IMG/VR virus record: IMGVR_UViG_3300042940_001453
Location: 1-64,000 of that record
DNA from: an uncultured virus (IMG/VR IMGVR_UViG_3300042940_001453)
Taxonomy: Duplodnaviria > Heunggongvirae > Uroviricota > Caudoviricetes
Length of the DNA stretch: 64,000 nucleotides
Strand: one strand, 5' to 3'
Every line of letters starts with the position of its first letter. Position 1 is the stretch's first letter. Positions 49,201-58,775 of the stretch are shown here, piece by piece. The position numbers and the translations under genes are program-made. Below the pieces are notes generated by a model. The model worked only from the letters and a program-made list of their open reading frames with translations. It was not told where the DNA came from and did not search any database.

Positions 49201-49715
49201 TCAGTATTATTAGTAATTCTTAAACTATTAGAATTTGAACCCAGTTTAATATAAGAATTGGATGCACCACTTGAATATCTACCAATTTCTAATTTTGCAT
49301 TATTATCATCTAATATACGAATACCGCCTGCTACACTTAACTTTCCATAAGTTCCCGTAGGACTTGTTGTACCTATACCAACATTACCATTGTTGTCAAT
49401 ACGAACTCTTTCACTACCAACTGTAACAAACTTTATAGTATTTGTTAATCCACCTGAACCAGTTGATCCAAACACTTGCATTGCCGCACTATTATCACTT
49501 GGACCATATGTTGCTGCGGTTAATACTGAAAAATAATTAGAACTATACACAGAACCAACTACATCCAATTTATAAACAGGACTTGTTGTGCCTATACCAA
49601 CCGATCCTTGTACATACAATCTAGAAGCAGTTAAACTGCCACTGAAACCACTAGCTTTAATAAAAGTTGTAGCTATAATTGATCCTGTAATTCGAGCACC
49701 TTGTAATATTGCCAT
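46227..49715 (-). CDS. Modular tail fibre protein
   Basis: About 11 GxVGIGTTSP repeats separating variable modules; short SGT linker; C-terminal AWIHFNG...ITDNGTGDYTINF domain. Confidence 0.8.
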   Translation of the reverse strand: MAILQGARITGSIIATTFIKASGFSGSLTASRLYVQGSVGIGTTSPVYKLDVVGSVYSSNYFSVLTAATYGPSDNSAAMQVFGSTGSGGLTNTIKFVTVGSERVRIDNNGNVGIGTTSPTGTYGKLSVAGGIRILDDNNAKLEIGRYSSGASNSYIKLGSNSNSLRITNNTDAADIFTIENGGNVGIGTTSPNYLTDIQSTTSPQTLNLKLNKTSTTNDYAEIAFQLWSGAGSGANTFGGSGTSRPSVVLRALNENGGTAAGAFIVGTFTGGSDNSTLTEKFRITSVGNVGIGTTSPSQLLEVAGSSPIIRVLATSGNSTLRLTDNGVRNWDLKVVDTSDYFEVGGTSATSLVVTGAGNVGIGTTSPVFSLDVTGGVGLNTSGTGVSVTIGANNTSDRYLRIRNSNGNFEIGSAGNQHYLYGVGASNFFTIYTNSSERFRIAADGNVGIGTTSPSQKLTINNGSSTGAGAVYPIRLSGGTMTSVGDSTGLLFIQRDANDDYGAYIRLYTTQANPQYLNPRLEFGVQTTDTNVLGSVVTRMVITGDGDVGIGTTSPTAQSNYRFLQVNGTNSAVIETMVGGSRIGGFDSSASALYVGSIGSYPVVFRTAVDEKMRIATDGNVGIGTSTPAYKLDVVGSINTSNFMFVSYPYGNAFPLQLTANNFLKADNYYYGMSINTGDVNYISGKFLINGGTYKRVELYGYENSVGYIPTIIPGGCVGIGTIITNSGLQIQTEGTNTTSGSFLFVRSTNSSFGGGAIGVGYDYAAAVGANFYPFRIRAGSTNTILLINSAGVVYAGDTTGAVAYGNHDPYYAFNQDTNTGMDWAAADTLTFKTGGSERMRIASNGSVGIGTTSPNYTLQVNGTFYVNSTTYMNGSLTVEDSFIIDGRLAGSFGTGSILMKSGNSSGTWNQFNIFYYKNSSIDRLGFVDGGSVEILTLKNGGNVGIGTTSPVNKLHISGSSTNLPLKLEGLTSNATGYFLTVDNTTGVVYKSTGGANGTSGTSGANGSPGGAGSSGTNGTSGTSGANGNPGTSGTSGANGNAGSSGITGTSGTSGVTNIKAWIHFNGTGTPSSNASNNVSSITDNGTGDYTINFTTAFSNANYVVAGTATYQYENPGQSINNMFIAVPRRPTAQLAGSCRISTPGSDNVLYDCDYVRVLFSN

Positions 49716-49724
49716 ATAATATAA

Positions 49725-52700
49725 TTATTTATTTATCAATCGATTTATTGTTATTTGTTGTTCATCAACTATCTGCTTCAATTCTTTAACACCCTGTATC
49801 AATACAGCTGTCAATTTACTATAATTTATACCAGATATATTACCCAACTCATCATAACTAACAAATTCAGGATATATCTTCACAACCTCTTCAGCTATCA
49901 AACCAATACTAAATTCATTGTTGTTCTTATACCTAAATGTCACCGGATTCAATAACACAATCTTGTCCAATTGCGGCGGCAATAAAGGCATAATATCCGT
50001 TTTAGTATTTTCACTAGACGTTTCTATCAATGTAGTAGCACTAACAGTTCCAACAACTGTTAATGTAGTACCATCCACACTTAAAAAATTAACACTCTGT
50101 AACGTAGTAAGACCAGTAGTTTTTACCAAATAATTAGGCTGATCAGTAAAACTACCACCACTAATTCCACTGGTACCACTAGGAGCACTAATACCACTAG
50201 TGCCACTCGTACCACTGCTACCACTAGTTCCACTTATACCACTACTTCCACTACTAGCACTAGCACCTCCACCAGCACTTACACCACTTGTTCCACTTGT
50301 ACCAACAGTACCACTACTACCACTCGTTCCGCTTGTGCCACTCGTACCACTGCTACCACTTGTTCCACTGGTTCCATTTCGACCACTTGTGCCACTGCTA
50401 CCACTTGTTCCGCTCGTTCCACTTGTGCCACTTGTTCCGTTTGTTCCACTTGTTCCGTTTTGACCGCTACTACCACTTGTGCCGCTCGTTCCACTACTAC
50501 CACTTGTACCACTACTACCACTTGTGGCACTATTACCGCTGCTACCACTATCACGACTAAATCCGCTTGTACCACTACTTCCACTTGTACCACTGGTTCC
50601 GCTTGTACCACTTGTACCACTGGTTCCATTTCGACCACTCGTACCACTTGTACCACTTGTACCACTGCTACCACTACTACCACTACTACCACTGGTTCCG
50701 CTTGTGCCACTAGTACCGCTTGTTCCGTTTTGTCCACTGCTACCACTTGTTCCACTTGTACCGCTACTACCACTTGTACCACTACTACCACTTGTGGCAC
50801 TATTACCACTGCTACCACTATCACGACTAAATCCGCTTGTACCACTGCTACCACTAGTACCACTGGTACCACTTGTTCCGCTTGTTCCACTGGTGCCATT
50901 TGATCCGCTTATACCACTTGTACCACTAGTACCATTAGTACCACTGCTACCACTTGATCCACTTGTTCCACTTGTGCCACTAGTACCATTTGTACCATTT
51001 GACCCACTTATACCACTTGTTCCACTCGTTCCACTGGTACCATTTGATCCACTCGTACCACTAGTGCCACTGGTACCACTGCTCCCACTTGATCCACTTG
51101 TTCCGCTTGTGCCACTAGTACCATTTGACCCACTTGATCCACTTGTACCACTTGATCCACTTGACCCACTTGATCCACTTGACCCACTTGACCCACTTGA
51201 TCCACTTGATCCACTTACACCAGACGATCCGCTACTACCACTAGTACCGCTTGTGCCACTAGTACCATTTGACCCACTTATACCACTTGTGCCACTTGAT
51301 CCATTACTGCCGCTTGTTCCACTTGTTCCGCTTGTGCCACTAGTACCACTTGATCCGCTTGTACCACTTGTGCCACTGCTACCACTGGTACCATTAGATC
51401 CACTTGTACCGCTTGTGCCACTAGTACCATTTGTACCACTTGTACCGTTAGATCCACTTGATCCGCTAGTACCAGACGATCCGCTACTACCACTTGTACC
51501 GTTTGATCCGCTTATACCACTTGTGCCACTTGTACCACTGGTGCCGTTTGTTCCACTGCTACCACTTATACCAGACGATCCGCTACTACCACTTGTACCG
51601 TTGGATCCACTTGTGCCACTTGTACCGTTAGATCCGCTTGTACCGTTAGATCCGCTTGTACCACTTGATCCACTTGATCCGCTTGTGCCACTTGATCCAC
51701 TTGATCCACTTGACCCACTGGTGCCGTTCGATCCGCTTGTACCACTTGTGCCACTTGATCCACTTGACCCACTTATACCAGACGATCCGCTACTACCACT
51801 AGTACCGCTTGTACCACTAGTACCACTAGTACCACTAGTACCACTTGTACCGTTAGATCCACTTGTGCCACTAGTACCACTGCTTCCACTTGTGCCACTG
51901 CTTCCATTTGATCCACTTGTACCACTACTACCACTTGTACCACTTGTACCACTACTGCCACTTGTACCGTTGGATCCACTTGTGCCACTAGTACCACTGC
52001 TTCCACTTGATCCACTTGATTCACTTACGCCACTGGTGCCGCTTGTTCCATTTGTACCACTGCTGCCACTTATACCAGAAGATCCACTACTACCACTTGT
52101 GCCACTTGTGCCATTAGATCCACTTGTACCGCTTGATCCATTTGACCCACTTGTACCGCTTGATCCACTTGACCCACTTGTACCATTTGATCCACTTGAC
52201 CCACTTGTACCACTTGTGCCGCTTGTACCACTTGTGCCATTAGATCCACTTGTTCCACTAGTACCGCTTGTGCCATTAGATCCGCTCGTACCACTAGTAC
52301 CACTAGTGCCGCTTGTGCCGCTTGTGCCATTTGATCCACTAGTACCACTTGATCCACTACTACCACTTGTACCGCTTGTGCCACTAGTACCGCTTGTACC
52401 ACTTGTGCCACTAGTACCGCTTGTACCACTTGTGCCGTTTGATCCGCTTGTACCACTTGTGCCGTTTGATCCGCTTGTTCCACTTATACCAGATGATCCA
52501 CTAGTACCACTTGTGCCACTAGTACCACTTGTGCCACTAGTACCACTAGTACCGCTTGTTCCACTACTACCGCTTGTACCGTTTGACCCACTTGTTCCAC
52601 TTGTACCATTAGATCCGCTTGTTCCAGATGATCCACTTGTTCCACTAGTACCACTTGTTCCACTACTACCAGATGTACCACTTGTACCGTTAGTACCGTT

Positions 52701-55454
52701 AGTACCATTAGTACCATTTGATCCGCTTGTGCCATTTGATCCACTACTACCACTTGTTCCACTACTACCGCTTGTGCCACTCGTTCCACTACTACCACTT
52801 ATACCAGAAGATCCACTGCTACCACTTGTACCGCTTGTGCCATTAGATCCACTTGTTCCAGATGATCCACTACTACCGCTTGTGCCACTACTACCGCTTG
52901 TACCATTAGATCCACTTGTACCACTTGTGCCACTTGTGCCACTGGTACCATTTGATCCACTACTACCGCTTGTACCATTAGATCCGCTTGTACCAGATGA
53001 TCCACTACTACCGCTTGATCCGCTTGTACCAGATGATCCACTTGATCCACTTAATCCACTTGAACCACTTGAACCACTAGTACCGTTTGTACCGCTTGTA
53101 CCACTAGTACCGTTTGATCCACTAGTACCACTACTGCCACTTGATCCGCTTGAACCACTTGAACCACTTGATCCACTTGATCCACTTGTACCGCTAGTAC
53201 CACTTGATCCGCTTGTACCACTTGTGCCACTGCTACCACTGGTACCGTTAGATCCGCTAGTACCACTTGTTCCATTAGATCCACTTGTACCGGATGATCC
53301 ACTTGATCCGCTAGTACCAGACGATCCACTTGATCCGCTAGTACCGGACGATCCACTTGTTCCATTCGTTCCATTGGATCCGCTGGTACCAGATGATCCA
53401 CTTGATCCGCTAGTACCAGATGATCCACTTGAACCGCTTAATCCACTTGATCCACTTGATCCACTCGATCCACTAGTACCGCTTGTACCACTAGTACCGC
53501 TTGTACCACTAGTACCACTTGTGCCATTAGATCCACTTGTGCCGTTTGATCCGCTAGTACCACTTGTGCCATTTGATCCACTTGTTCCACTACTACCACT
53601 TGTACCACTTGTTCCACTACTACCACTTGTACCGCTTGTACCACTCGTTCCACTTGTACCATTTGATCCACTTGTGCCATTTGTGCCGTTAGATCCGCTT
53701 GTACCATTTGATCCACTAGTACCACTTGATCCACTTGATCCACTTGTGCCGCTAGTACCACTTGTGCCGCTAGTACCACTTGTGCCGCTAGTACCACTTG
53801 TGCCGTTTGTGCCATTAGATCCACTTGTTCCGCTACTGCCAGACGATCCGCTAGTACCAGATGAACCACTTGAACCACTTAACCCACTTGAACCACTTGA
53901 ACCACTTGATCCGCTAGTACCGCTTGTACCACTTGTTCCGCTAGTACCACTGGTACCATTTGTACCACTGGTACCATTTGTTCCATTAGATCCACTTGAT
54001 CCACTTGACCCACTTGACCCACTTGACCCACTTGATCCACTTGTACCACTGGTACCACTTGTACCGCTAGTGCCGCTTGTACCACTAGTGCCATTTGTAC
54101 CATTAGTGCCGTTTGTACCATTTGATCCACTTGACCCACTTGATCCACTTGATCCACTAGTACCGCTTGTACCGCTTGTACCACTTGTACCACTTGTTCC
54201 GCTTGTACCACTAGTACCGCTTGTACCACTTGTGCCGCTTGTACCACTGGTGCCATTTGTCCCATTACTACCGGATGATCCACTATTACCAGATGATCCA
54301 CTTGTACCGCTTGTACCACTTGTACCACTTGTTCCACTAGTACCACTTGTGCCACTGGTGCCATTTGTGCCGCTTGTGCCGTTTGAACCACTGCTTCCAC
54401 TTATACCAGATGTGCCACTTGTGCCACTAGATCCGCTCGATCCACTTGACCCACTGGTACCACTCGTACCACTAGTACCACTGGTGCCACTAGATCCGCT
54501 TGTACCACTTGTACCACTTGATCCACTTGTACCACTTGATCCGCTGCTACCACTTGTACCACTTGATCCATTTGTACCACTTGTGCCACTAGATCCGCTT
54601 GTACCACTGGTGCCACTGCTACCACTAGTACCGTTTGTGCCACTTGTACCACTGGTACCACTTGTACCACTAGTACCACTTGTTCCGCTACTACCACTTG
54701 TTCCGCTGCTTCCACTGGTGCCTGATCTACCGCTTGATCCTCTTGTGCCACTTGTGCCGGTTGTACCGCTTGTAGTACTTGTACCACTTGATCCGCTTGA
54801 TCCATCTAATAAACCACTACTACCGCTTGTACCACTGCTTCCATTTTCTCCACTAGTTCCACTGGTTCCTATATCGCCACTTTGACCGCTACTACCACCC
54901 TCACCATTTGTACCGCTTGTGCCTTGACTACCACTGGTACCTGAAGATGTGCTTGTACCGCTTGTGCCGCTTGTATTGCTTGTTCCGCTTGATCCAGCTG
55001 ATCCTTTTTCTCCGCTACTACCACTACTACCACTGGTGCCTGTGCCTGAAGTACCACTGGTGCTGATATTACCGCTTACACCTATGATGTATCCGCATGC
55101 ATCAAACGAAAAAGTTATGGTTGCGGTATTATCATTATTGAGTACTATTGTTTCTGGTATTAATTGATTGAAATTCTCGTCGTATGTTTGAATTAATACT
55201 AGATCTGAGTTTAAATTATGATCAAATACCCAAGTTTTTGATTTTTGATCGCATGGTATTTGTTTAGTAGCAACATTGTTGAAAAACTGAGAACTGGTTC
55301 GACAATAAATAATTTTACGTAATTCGTCGATTATTTTAAGAAACAGCTCTGTGGTAGGATCTTTAAAAGTCGCTGTTAATTTTTTATAATCATACAGAGC
55401 ATTATCCAATTTTATTGGAGAAACCTCGCATGGATCTTTCTTTAATGTTGACAT
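49725..55454 (-). CDS. Giant Gly-X-X (SGT/SGS/NGT) repeat fibre with C-terminal peptidase S74-like intramolecular chaperone
   Basis: About 1640-aa tripeptide repeat; SSENTK...LNPVTFRY...GLIAEEV...INYSKLTAVLIQGVKEL. Confidence 0.82.
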   Translation of the reverse strand: MSTLKKDPCEVSPIKLDNALYDYKKLTATFKDPTTELFLKIIDELRKIIYCRTSSQFFNNVATKQIPCDQKSKTWVFDHNLNSDLVLIQTYDENFNQLIPETIVLNNDNTATITFSFDACGYIIGVSGNISTSGTSGTGTSGSSGSSGEKGSAGSSGTSNTSGTSGTSTSSGTSGSQGTSGTNGEGGSSGQSGDIGTSGTSGENGSSGTSGSSGLLDGSSGSSGTSTTSGTTGTSGTRGSSGRSGTSGSSGTSGSSGTSGTSGTSGTSGTSGTNGTSGSSGTSGTSGSSGTSGTNGSSGTSGSSGSSGTSGSSGTSGTSGSSGTSGTSGTSGTSGSSGSSGSSGTSGTSGISGSSGSNGTSGTNGTSGTSGTSGTSGTSGTSGTSGSSGNSGSSGSNGTNGTSGTSGTSGTSGTSGTSGTSGTSGTSGTSGTSGSSGSSGSSGSNGTNGTNGTNGTSGTSGTSGTSGTSGTSGSSGSSGSSGSSGSSGSNGTNGTSGTNGTSGTSGTSGTSGTSGSSGSSGSSGLSGSSGSSGTSGSSGSSGTSGSNGTNGTSGTSGTSGTSGTSGTSGTSGSSGSSGTSGSNGTSGSNGTNGTSGSNGTSGTSGTSGTSGSSGTSGTSGSSGTSGSNGTSGTSGSNGTSGSNGTSGTSGTSGTSGTSGTSGSSGSSGSSGLSGSSGSSGTSGSSGSSGTSGSNGTNGTSGSSGTSGSSGSSGTSGSSGSSGTSGSNGTSGTSGSNGTSGSSGTSGTSGSSGTSGTSGSSGSSGSSGSSGSSGSSGTSGSNGTSGTSGTNGTSGSSGSSGLSGSSGSSGTSGSSGSSGSSGTSGSNGTSGSSGSNGTSGTSGTSGTSGSNGTSGSSGTSGSSGSSGTSGSNGTSGTSGSSGSSGISGSSGTSGTSGSSGTSGSSGSNGTSGSNGTNGTNGTNGTSGTSGSSGTSGTSGTSGSSGTSGSNGTSGTSGSNGTSGSSGTSGTSGTSGTSGTSGTSGTSGSSGISGTSGSNGTSGTSGSNGTSGTSGTSGTSGTSGTSGTSGTSGSSGSSGTSGSNGTSGTSGTSGTSGTSGSNGTSGTSGTSGSNGTSGTSGTSGTSGSSGSNGTSGSSGSSGTSGSNGSSGTSGSNGTSGTSGSSGSSGISGSSGTNGTSGTSGVSESSGSSGSSGTSGTSGSNGTSGSSGTSGTSGSSGTSGSNGSSGTSGSSGTSGTSGSNGTSGTSGTSGTSGTSGTSGSSGSSGISGSSGSSGTSGTSGSNGTSGSSGSSGSSGTSGSSGSSGTSGSNGTSGSNGTSGTSGSNGTSGSSGSSGISGSSGTNGTSGTSGTSGISGSNGTSGSSGSSGTSGSSGSNGTSGTNGTSGTSGTSGSNGTSGSSGTSGTSGSSGTSGTSGTSGTSGSNGSSGTSGISGSNGTSGTSGTSGSSGSSGVSGSSGSSGSSGSSGSSGSSGSSGTSGSSGSNGTSGTSGTSGSSGSSGTSGTSGTSGSNGTSGTSGTSGISGSNGTNGTSGTSGTSGSSGSSGTNGTSGTSGISGSNGTSGTSGTSGTSGTSGSSGTSGFSRDSGSSGNSATSGSSGTSGSSGTSGTSGSSGQNGTSGTSGTSGTSGSSGSSGSSGTSGTSGTSGRNGTSGTSGTSGTSGTSGSSGTSGFSRDSGSSGNSATSGSSGTSGSSGTSGTSGSSGQNGTSGTNGTSGTSGTSGTSGSSGTSGRNGTSGTSGSSGTSGTSGTSGSSGTVGTSGTSGVSAGGGASASSGSSGISGTSGSSGTSGTSGISAPSGTSGISGGSFTDQPNYLVKTTGLTTLQSVNFLSVDGTTLTVVGTVSATTLIETSSENTKTDIMPLLPPQLDKIVLLNPVTFRYKNNNEFSIGLIAEEVVKIYPEFVSYDELGNISGINYSKLTAVLIQGVKELKQIVDEQQITINRLINK
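50150..55070. repeat. 9-bp-period coding tandem repeat (ccacttgta/ccacttgat variants)
   Basis: About 4.9 kb of degenerate 9-mers; a distinctive GFSRDSGSSGNSAT block is duplicated at ~50521 and ~50791 (270-nt offset). Confidence 0.95.
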
Positions 55455-55523
55455 TTCTTATAAATATAACGATACGGTTAAGTAACACCGTGTAAGTGTT
55501 AAAAACATAAATATTAATTATAT

Positions 55524-56912
55524 TTAATTAAATAGAGAAATTGGTATTCTTCTCCACTGTCCTGCGCTGTATATATAAAAATAATTACCGTCGTAGCTTA
55601 CCCAACCATCTTCACCATAATCTGATGATTGATATGGTACTTGATGATAGAATTTGTCAGGAAATCTTTGAAATACTCTAAAAGCGGTATTTATTGGTCT
55701 TTTATTTGCAGTTGTGTAAATAGGATTGCCATTGCAATCGTATCCACTGATATAGGTTTGACTATTATAGTCATAATCAAATGTAGCAATTTCTCTTTTT
55801 AACCACCCCGCTGGATATTGATAAACATAGATATATTTAGAATCATATGCTAACCAACCATTTTCTCCATAATCGGTGATAGATTTTGGAGCTGGATGAA
55901 ATGGTGTTTTGGTAACACCTTCAAAACTGGGTTGTATTTTATTATATCCGTCTAAATTTGTTACTTTATTTACGTTTAGTGCCATTGTACCTTGACCTGT
56001 TACATCTGTGTAATCCAATGGACTATCTTTTAAATTGTTGCTATTCTTAATAATATTGTTTGAAATGTTTTCCATTTCACCTGCACTAGCAATTGCATTT
56101 TCTTGCAACATTACTTTTCTTACTGTAAATAGCTTTTGAGTGGTATTTTTTACCCCGTCTAAATTTGTTATGTAATTTTCATTTAACAAATATGCATTGA
56201 CATTTATATCAAATGATGTTTTGATATTACGATCTTCACCTTCATTGATTTCTTGTTCGATGCTATAACTGTCTATTCTGGCTCTGAACTTAAATCTTTC
56301 TGCGTCTCCCCAGTAATCTTTAGCTGCATAATTGATTTGTTCCAACAGCTTATTGTTTTGATCTACATAATCAGTCCAAATGATACATTCGTATGTAATA
56401 TTTACTTGAACTGGTAAACTTACACTGTAAATTTGTTTGGTTGGCTTGCTTGCAAACGCACCTTTGTTCATCAAATCAAATCTGTCATATTTGTTTTTCT
56501 CGCTATAATTCATTATGGTTTCATAACTCAAATAACGATTAAATGTTGCAAGATCTTTGTTATTTTCTACACTTTTTCTACGAATCATAACAGCTGGCAA
56601 CAATATTTTGCCTTGATTGTCTCTGATATGACCAAACTTTTTCATAGCAAACCATCTTTCTGGATTGCCATATATAATTGGCACCTTGACAACTTCACCA
56701 TTATCGTTTACTTGTAGTCTTAAAGTACTATCTAATGTGTTGATAATAGCTGTATCAACGTCCAATAACGTTACAGTAAAATTCTTTTGTTTATCTGTAT
56801 CACGACGAGTTGCGTTGGCTCTATTATAGAACTTTTTAACATCTGATTGCGCAGATGCGTTTTCAATAGGATTTGGTGGCGGATTTGTATTAGTATTTGG
56901 ACCCCAAGACAT
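55524..56912 (-). CDS. Tail completion/terminator protein (T4 gp15-like) with C-terminal duplicated motif
   Basis: KVPIIYGNPERW, LPAVMIRR; two DYGExGW.xYD..Y.Y.Y repeats. Confidence 0.65.
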   Translation of the reverse strand: MSWGPNTNTNPPPNPIENASAQSDVKKFYNRANATRRDTDKQKNFTVTLLDVDTAIINTLDSTLRLQVNDNGEVVKVPIIYGNPERWFAMKKFGHIRDNQGKILLPAVMIRRKSVENNKDLATFNRYLSYETIMNYSEKNKYDRFDLMNKGAFASKPTKQIYSVSLPVQVNITYECIIWTDYVDQNNKLLEQINYAAKDYWGDAERFKFRARIDSYSIEQEINEGEDRNIKTSFDINVNAYLLNENYITNLDGVKNTTQKLFTVRKVMLQENAIASAGEMENISNNIIKNSNNLKDSPLDYTDVTGQGTMALNVNKVTNLDGYNKIQPSFEGVTKTPFHPAPKSITDYGENGWLAYDSKYIYVYQYPAGWLKREIATFDYDYNSQTYISGYDCNGNPIYTTANKRPINTAFRVFQRFPDKFYHQVPYQSSDYGEDGWVSYDGNYFYIYSAGQWRRIPISLFN

Positions 56913-56915
56913 AAA

Positions 56916-57485
56916 TTATGTTTGTCTTTCTACTAGGTTAATTTTGCTTAGTCTTGTGTAATGAGTATTAACAATCAAACTCCAAGACTTATCAGGATGA
57001 CCACCCAAGAATTGTTCTTGAACTACGTTATCAATTTCATAATAACGTTCATTGTAAAGCACCAAATCGCCAATTTCTGGGAAATAGTTCGTGGTAATAC
57101 AATCACGTTCTCTAAATCTGTAAACAATATCTTGTTTTCTATCAGGTCCATATCCTTGATTTTCTGTGTTAATGTCTTCACGTTGCACCAAACAACTCAA
57201 GTCTATACCAGAGTAAAAAACCTTACCCTTGTCACTACTGCTTTCACCGTAGATATTGGTATTGGTTTCATAAGCTGCAATTTTAAATACTTGTACAACG
57301 CATTCGATTATATCACCGATTAATTCAGAATTAACACTTCCCAAAAAATTTATATCTCTTGGAGAAAAGTATCTACCGGGAGAATAATTATTGTTATAAA
57401 TACCCACATCTTTACGTGTAGATGTCCAGTATTGCTTAAAAGCTGGATTTTGTTTAGGGTATTGTGGTGATACAGGTGCTGCCAT
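56916..57485 (-). CDS. Neck/head-closure protein (T4 gp14-like)
   Basis: NIYGES, PEIGDLVLYNERYYEIDNV; synteny. Confidence 0.65.
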   Translation of the reverse strand: MAAPVSPQYPKQNPAFKQYWTSTRKDVGIYNNNYSPGRYFSPRDINFLGSVNSELIGDIIECVVQVFKIAAYETNTNIYGESSSDKGKVFYSGIDLSCLVQREDINTENQGYGPDRKQDIVYRFRERDCITTNYFPEIGDLVLYNERYYEIDNVVQEQFLGGHPDKSWSLIVNTHYTRLSKINLVERQT

Positions 57486-57488
57486 AAA

Positions 57489-58718
57489 TTATCCTATATA
57501 AATGTGTAGTGGTACTCTGGAAAGCATCTTATTCATTTCTTCGCTTTCCTTACCTTTATTTTCCAATTGATTGACTCGCAAGGTTTTTTCCAACATATCT
57601 CTCAATTTATCAAGCAATGTGTCTTTTTCCTCCTTGGCTTCAGAACGTAACTCCGCACCGTCAAGAGTTACTTCGCCACCTGGAATTGGTACTGTACTAT
57701 ATTTTTGTAATATACGTCCCAATGTTTCTTTGCACAAAGCCAAGAAATATTTCTTGATCCACTGTTTGCCTGGTTGATTTATCTTACAATATGTACAGTA
57801 TTCGTATGGTATATCACTTGGATCGCTAATGTATTCATAACGAGATCCACTATAAAAGTTGGTAATATCACGTTCACTTTCAACTATATAATCTATATAA
57901 ACTTTGAAATTGTCGGTTGGAATTGGAAATATTCTCAACTTATTATTACCTAGAATTTCAAAACTATATGCGCTTTTACGAACCATATCATTAAACTCAA
58001 TAGCTTGTACACGTTCCAAGTCTTCAAAGATCGGAGTCATTAAGAATTGTGTAGCAGGACTGTATGCGCTAAATCCCATTTCTGTTAGTACGTTACTATA
58101 ACTCATACCAGTCATACTAAACGGATCATAAATACGAGCAATTGCTGGCGGTCTTTGGTGAAATACACGTTTAACTTCGATACGAGAGCCTGTCAAGTGT
58201 TCAATATCTTTACCAATCAATTGATTTAAGTCATAAACTTGTTGTGTGCTGCTTGGATTAACACTGCCACTGACAGTAATATAATTGCGTTTAACTTCAT
58301 ATTCGCCACCAACAAGTGCTTCTGCACCATATTGTTTGCTCAATTGAATTATAAAAGGCAATCCTGTACTTTTTACTCCTAGACCTGTTAAATTTTTGTA
58401 TTGGTTTTGTGGTAATCCTTGTAAATTTACCATATTATTAACGATGTTGAATTCGTTAACTACACGGTTATATTCCAATACAGATTCTTCAAAACAGGCA
58501 TAAAAATTAACATCGATCATTTCAATATCGACAATAGGATAACCCAAACGTTTTGCTGCCCACATAGCACTACTACTACAATCATTTTCAAAAGTAGTTT
58601 CGCCAGATCCTGTGTTACAACTTTCGCTTAAGTAATAACCAAATGGCACAGTGTTTTGAGTAACACTACTACCACTCCCAGGCCATCTTACCCTATCTTG
58701 ATCTAAATTAGCACTCAT
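57489..58718 (-). CDS. Neck/head-tail adaptor (T4 gp13-like)
   Basis: KRLGYPIVDIEM, WIKKYFLALCKETLG, IPGGEVTLDG. Confidence 0.75.
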   Translation of the reverse strand: MSANLDQDRVRWPGSGSSVTQNTVPFGYYLSESCNTGSGETTFENDCSSSAMWAAKRLGYPIVDIEMIDVNFYACFEESVLEYNRVVNEFNIVNNMVNLQGLPQNQYKNLTGLGVKSTGLPFIIQLSKQYGAEALVGGEYEVKRNYITVSGSVNPSSTQQVYDLNQLIGKDIEHLTGSRIEVKRVFHQRPPAIARIYDPFSMTGMSYSNVLTEMGFSAYSPATQFLMTPIFEDLERVQAIEFNDMVRKSAYSFEILGNNKLRIFPIPTDNFKVYIDYIVESERDITNFYSGSRYEYISDPSDIPYEYCTYCKINQPGKQWIKKYFLALCKETLGRILQKYSTVPIPGGEVTLDGAELRSEAKEEKDTLLDKLRDMLEKTLRVNQLENKGKESEEMNKMLSRVPLHIYIG

Positions 58719-58775
58719 TAATTATAAATATCTAAACAACAAAAATATACAGTTTATAATTTGTTAATTCACATA

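Noticed and set aside
46227..49715. Diversity-generating retroelement target in the tail fibre
   Set aside because: No reverse transcriptase and no adenine-specific TR/VR pair seen in the window
50479..54885. 1468-aa + strand PLV/PLD-repeat ORF and the many VVQ/DQV alternative-frame ORFs
   Set aside because: Shadow frames of the 9-bp repeat; only the SGT frame connects to real N- and C-terminal domains
50150..55070. Repeat region as a CRISPR array
   Set aside because: No unique spacers, in-frame coding 9-mers, no cas genes
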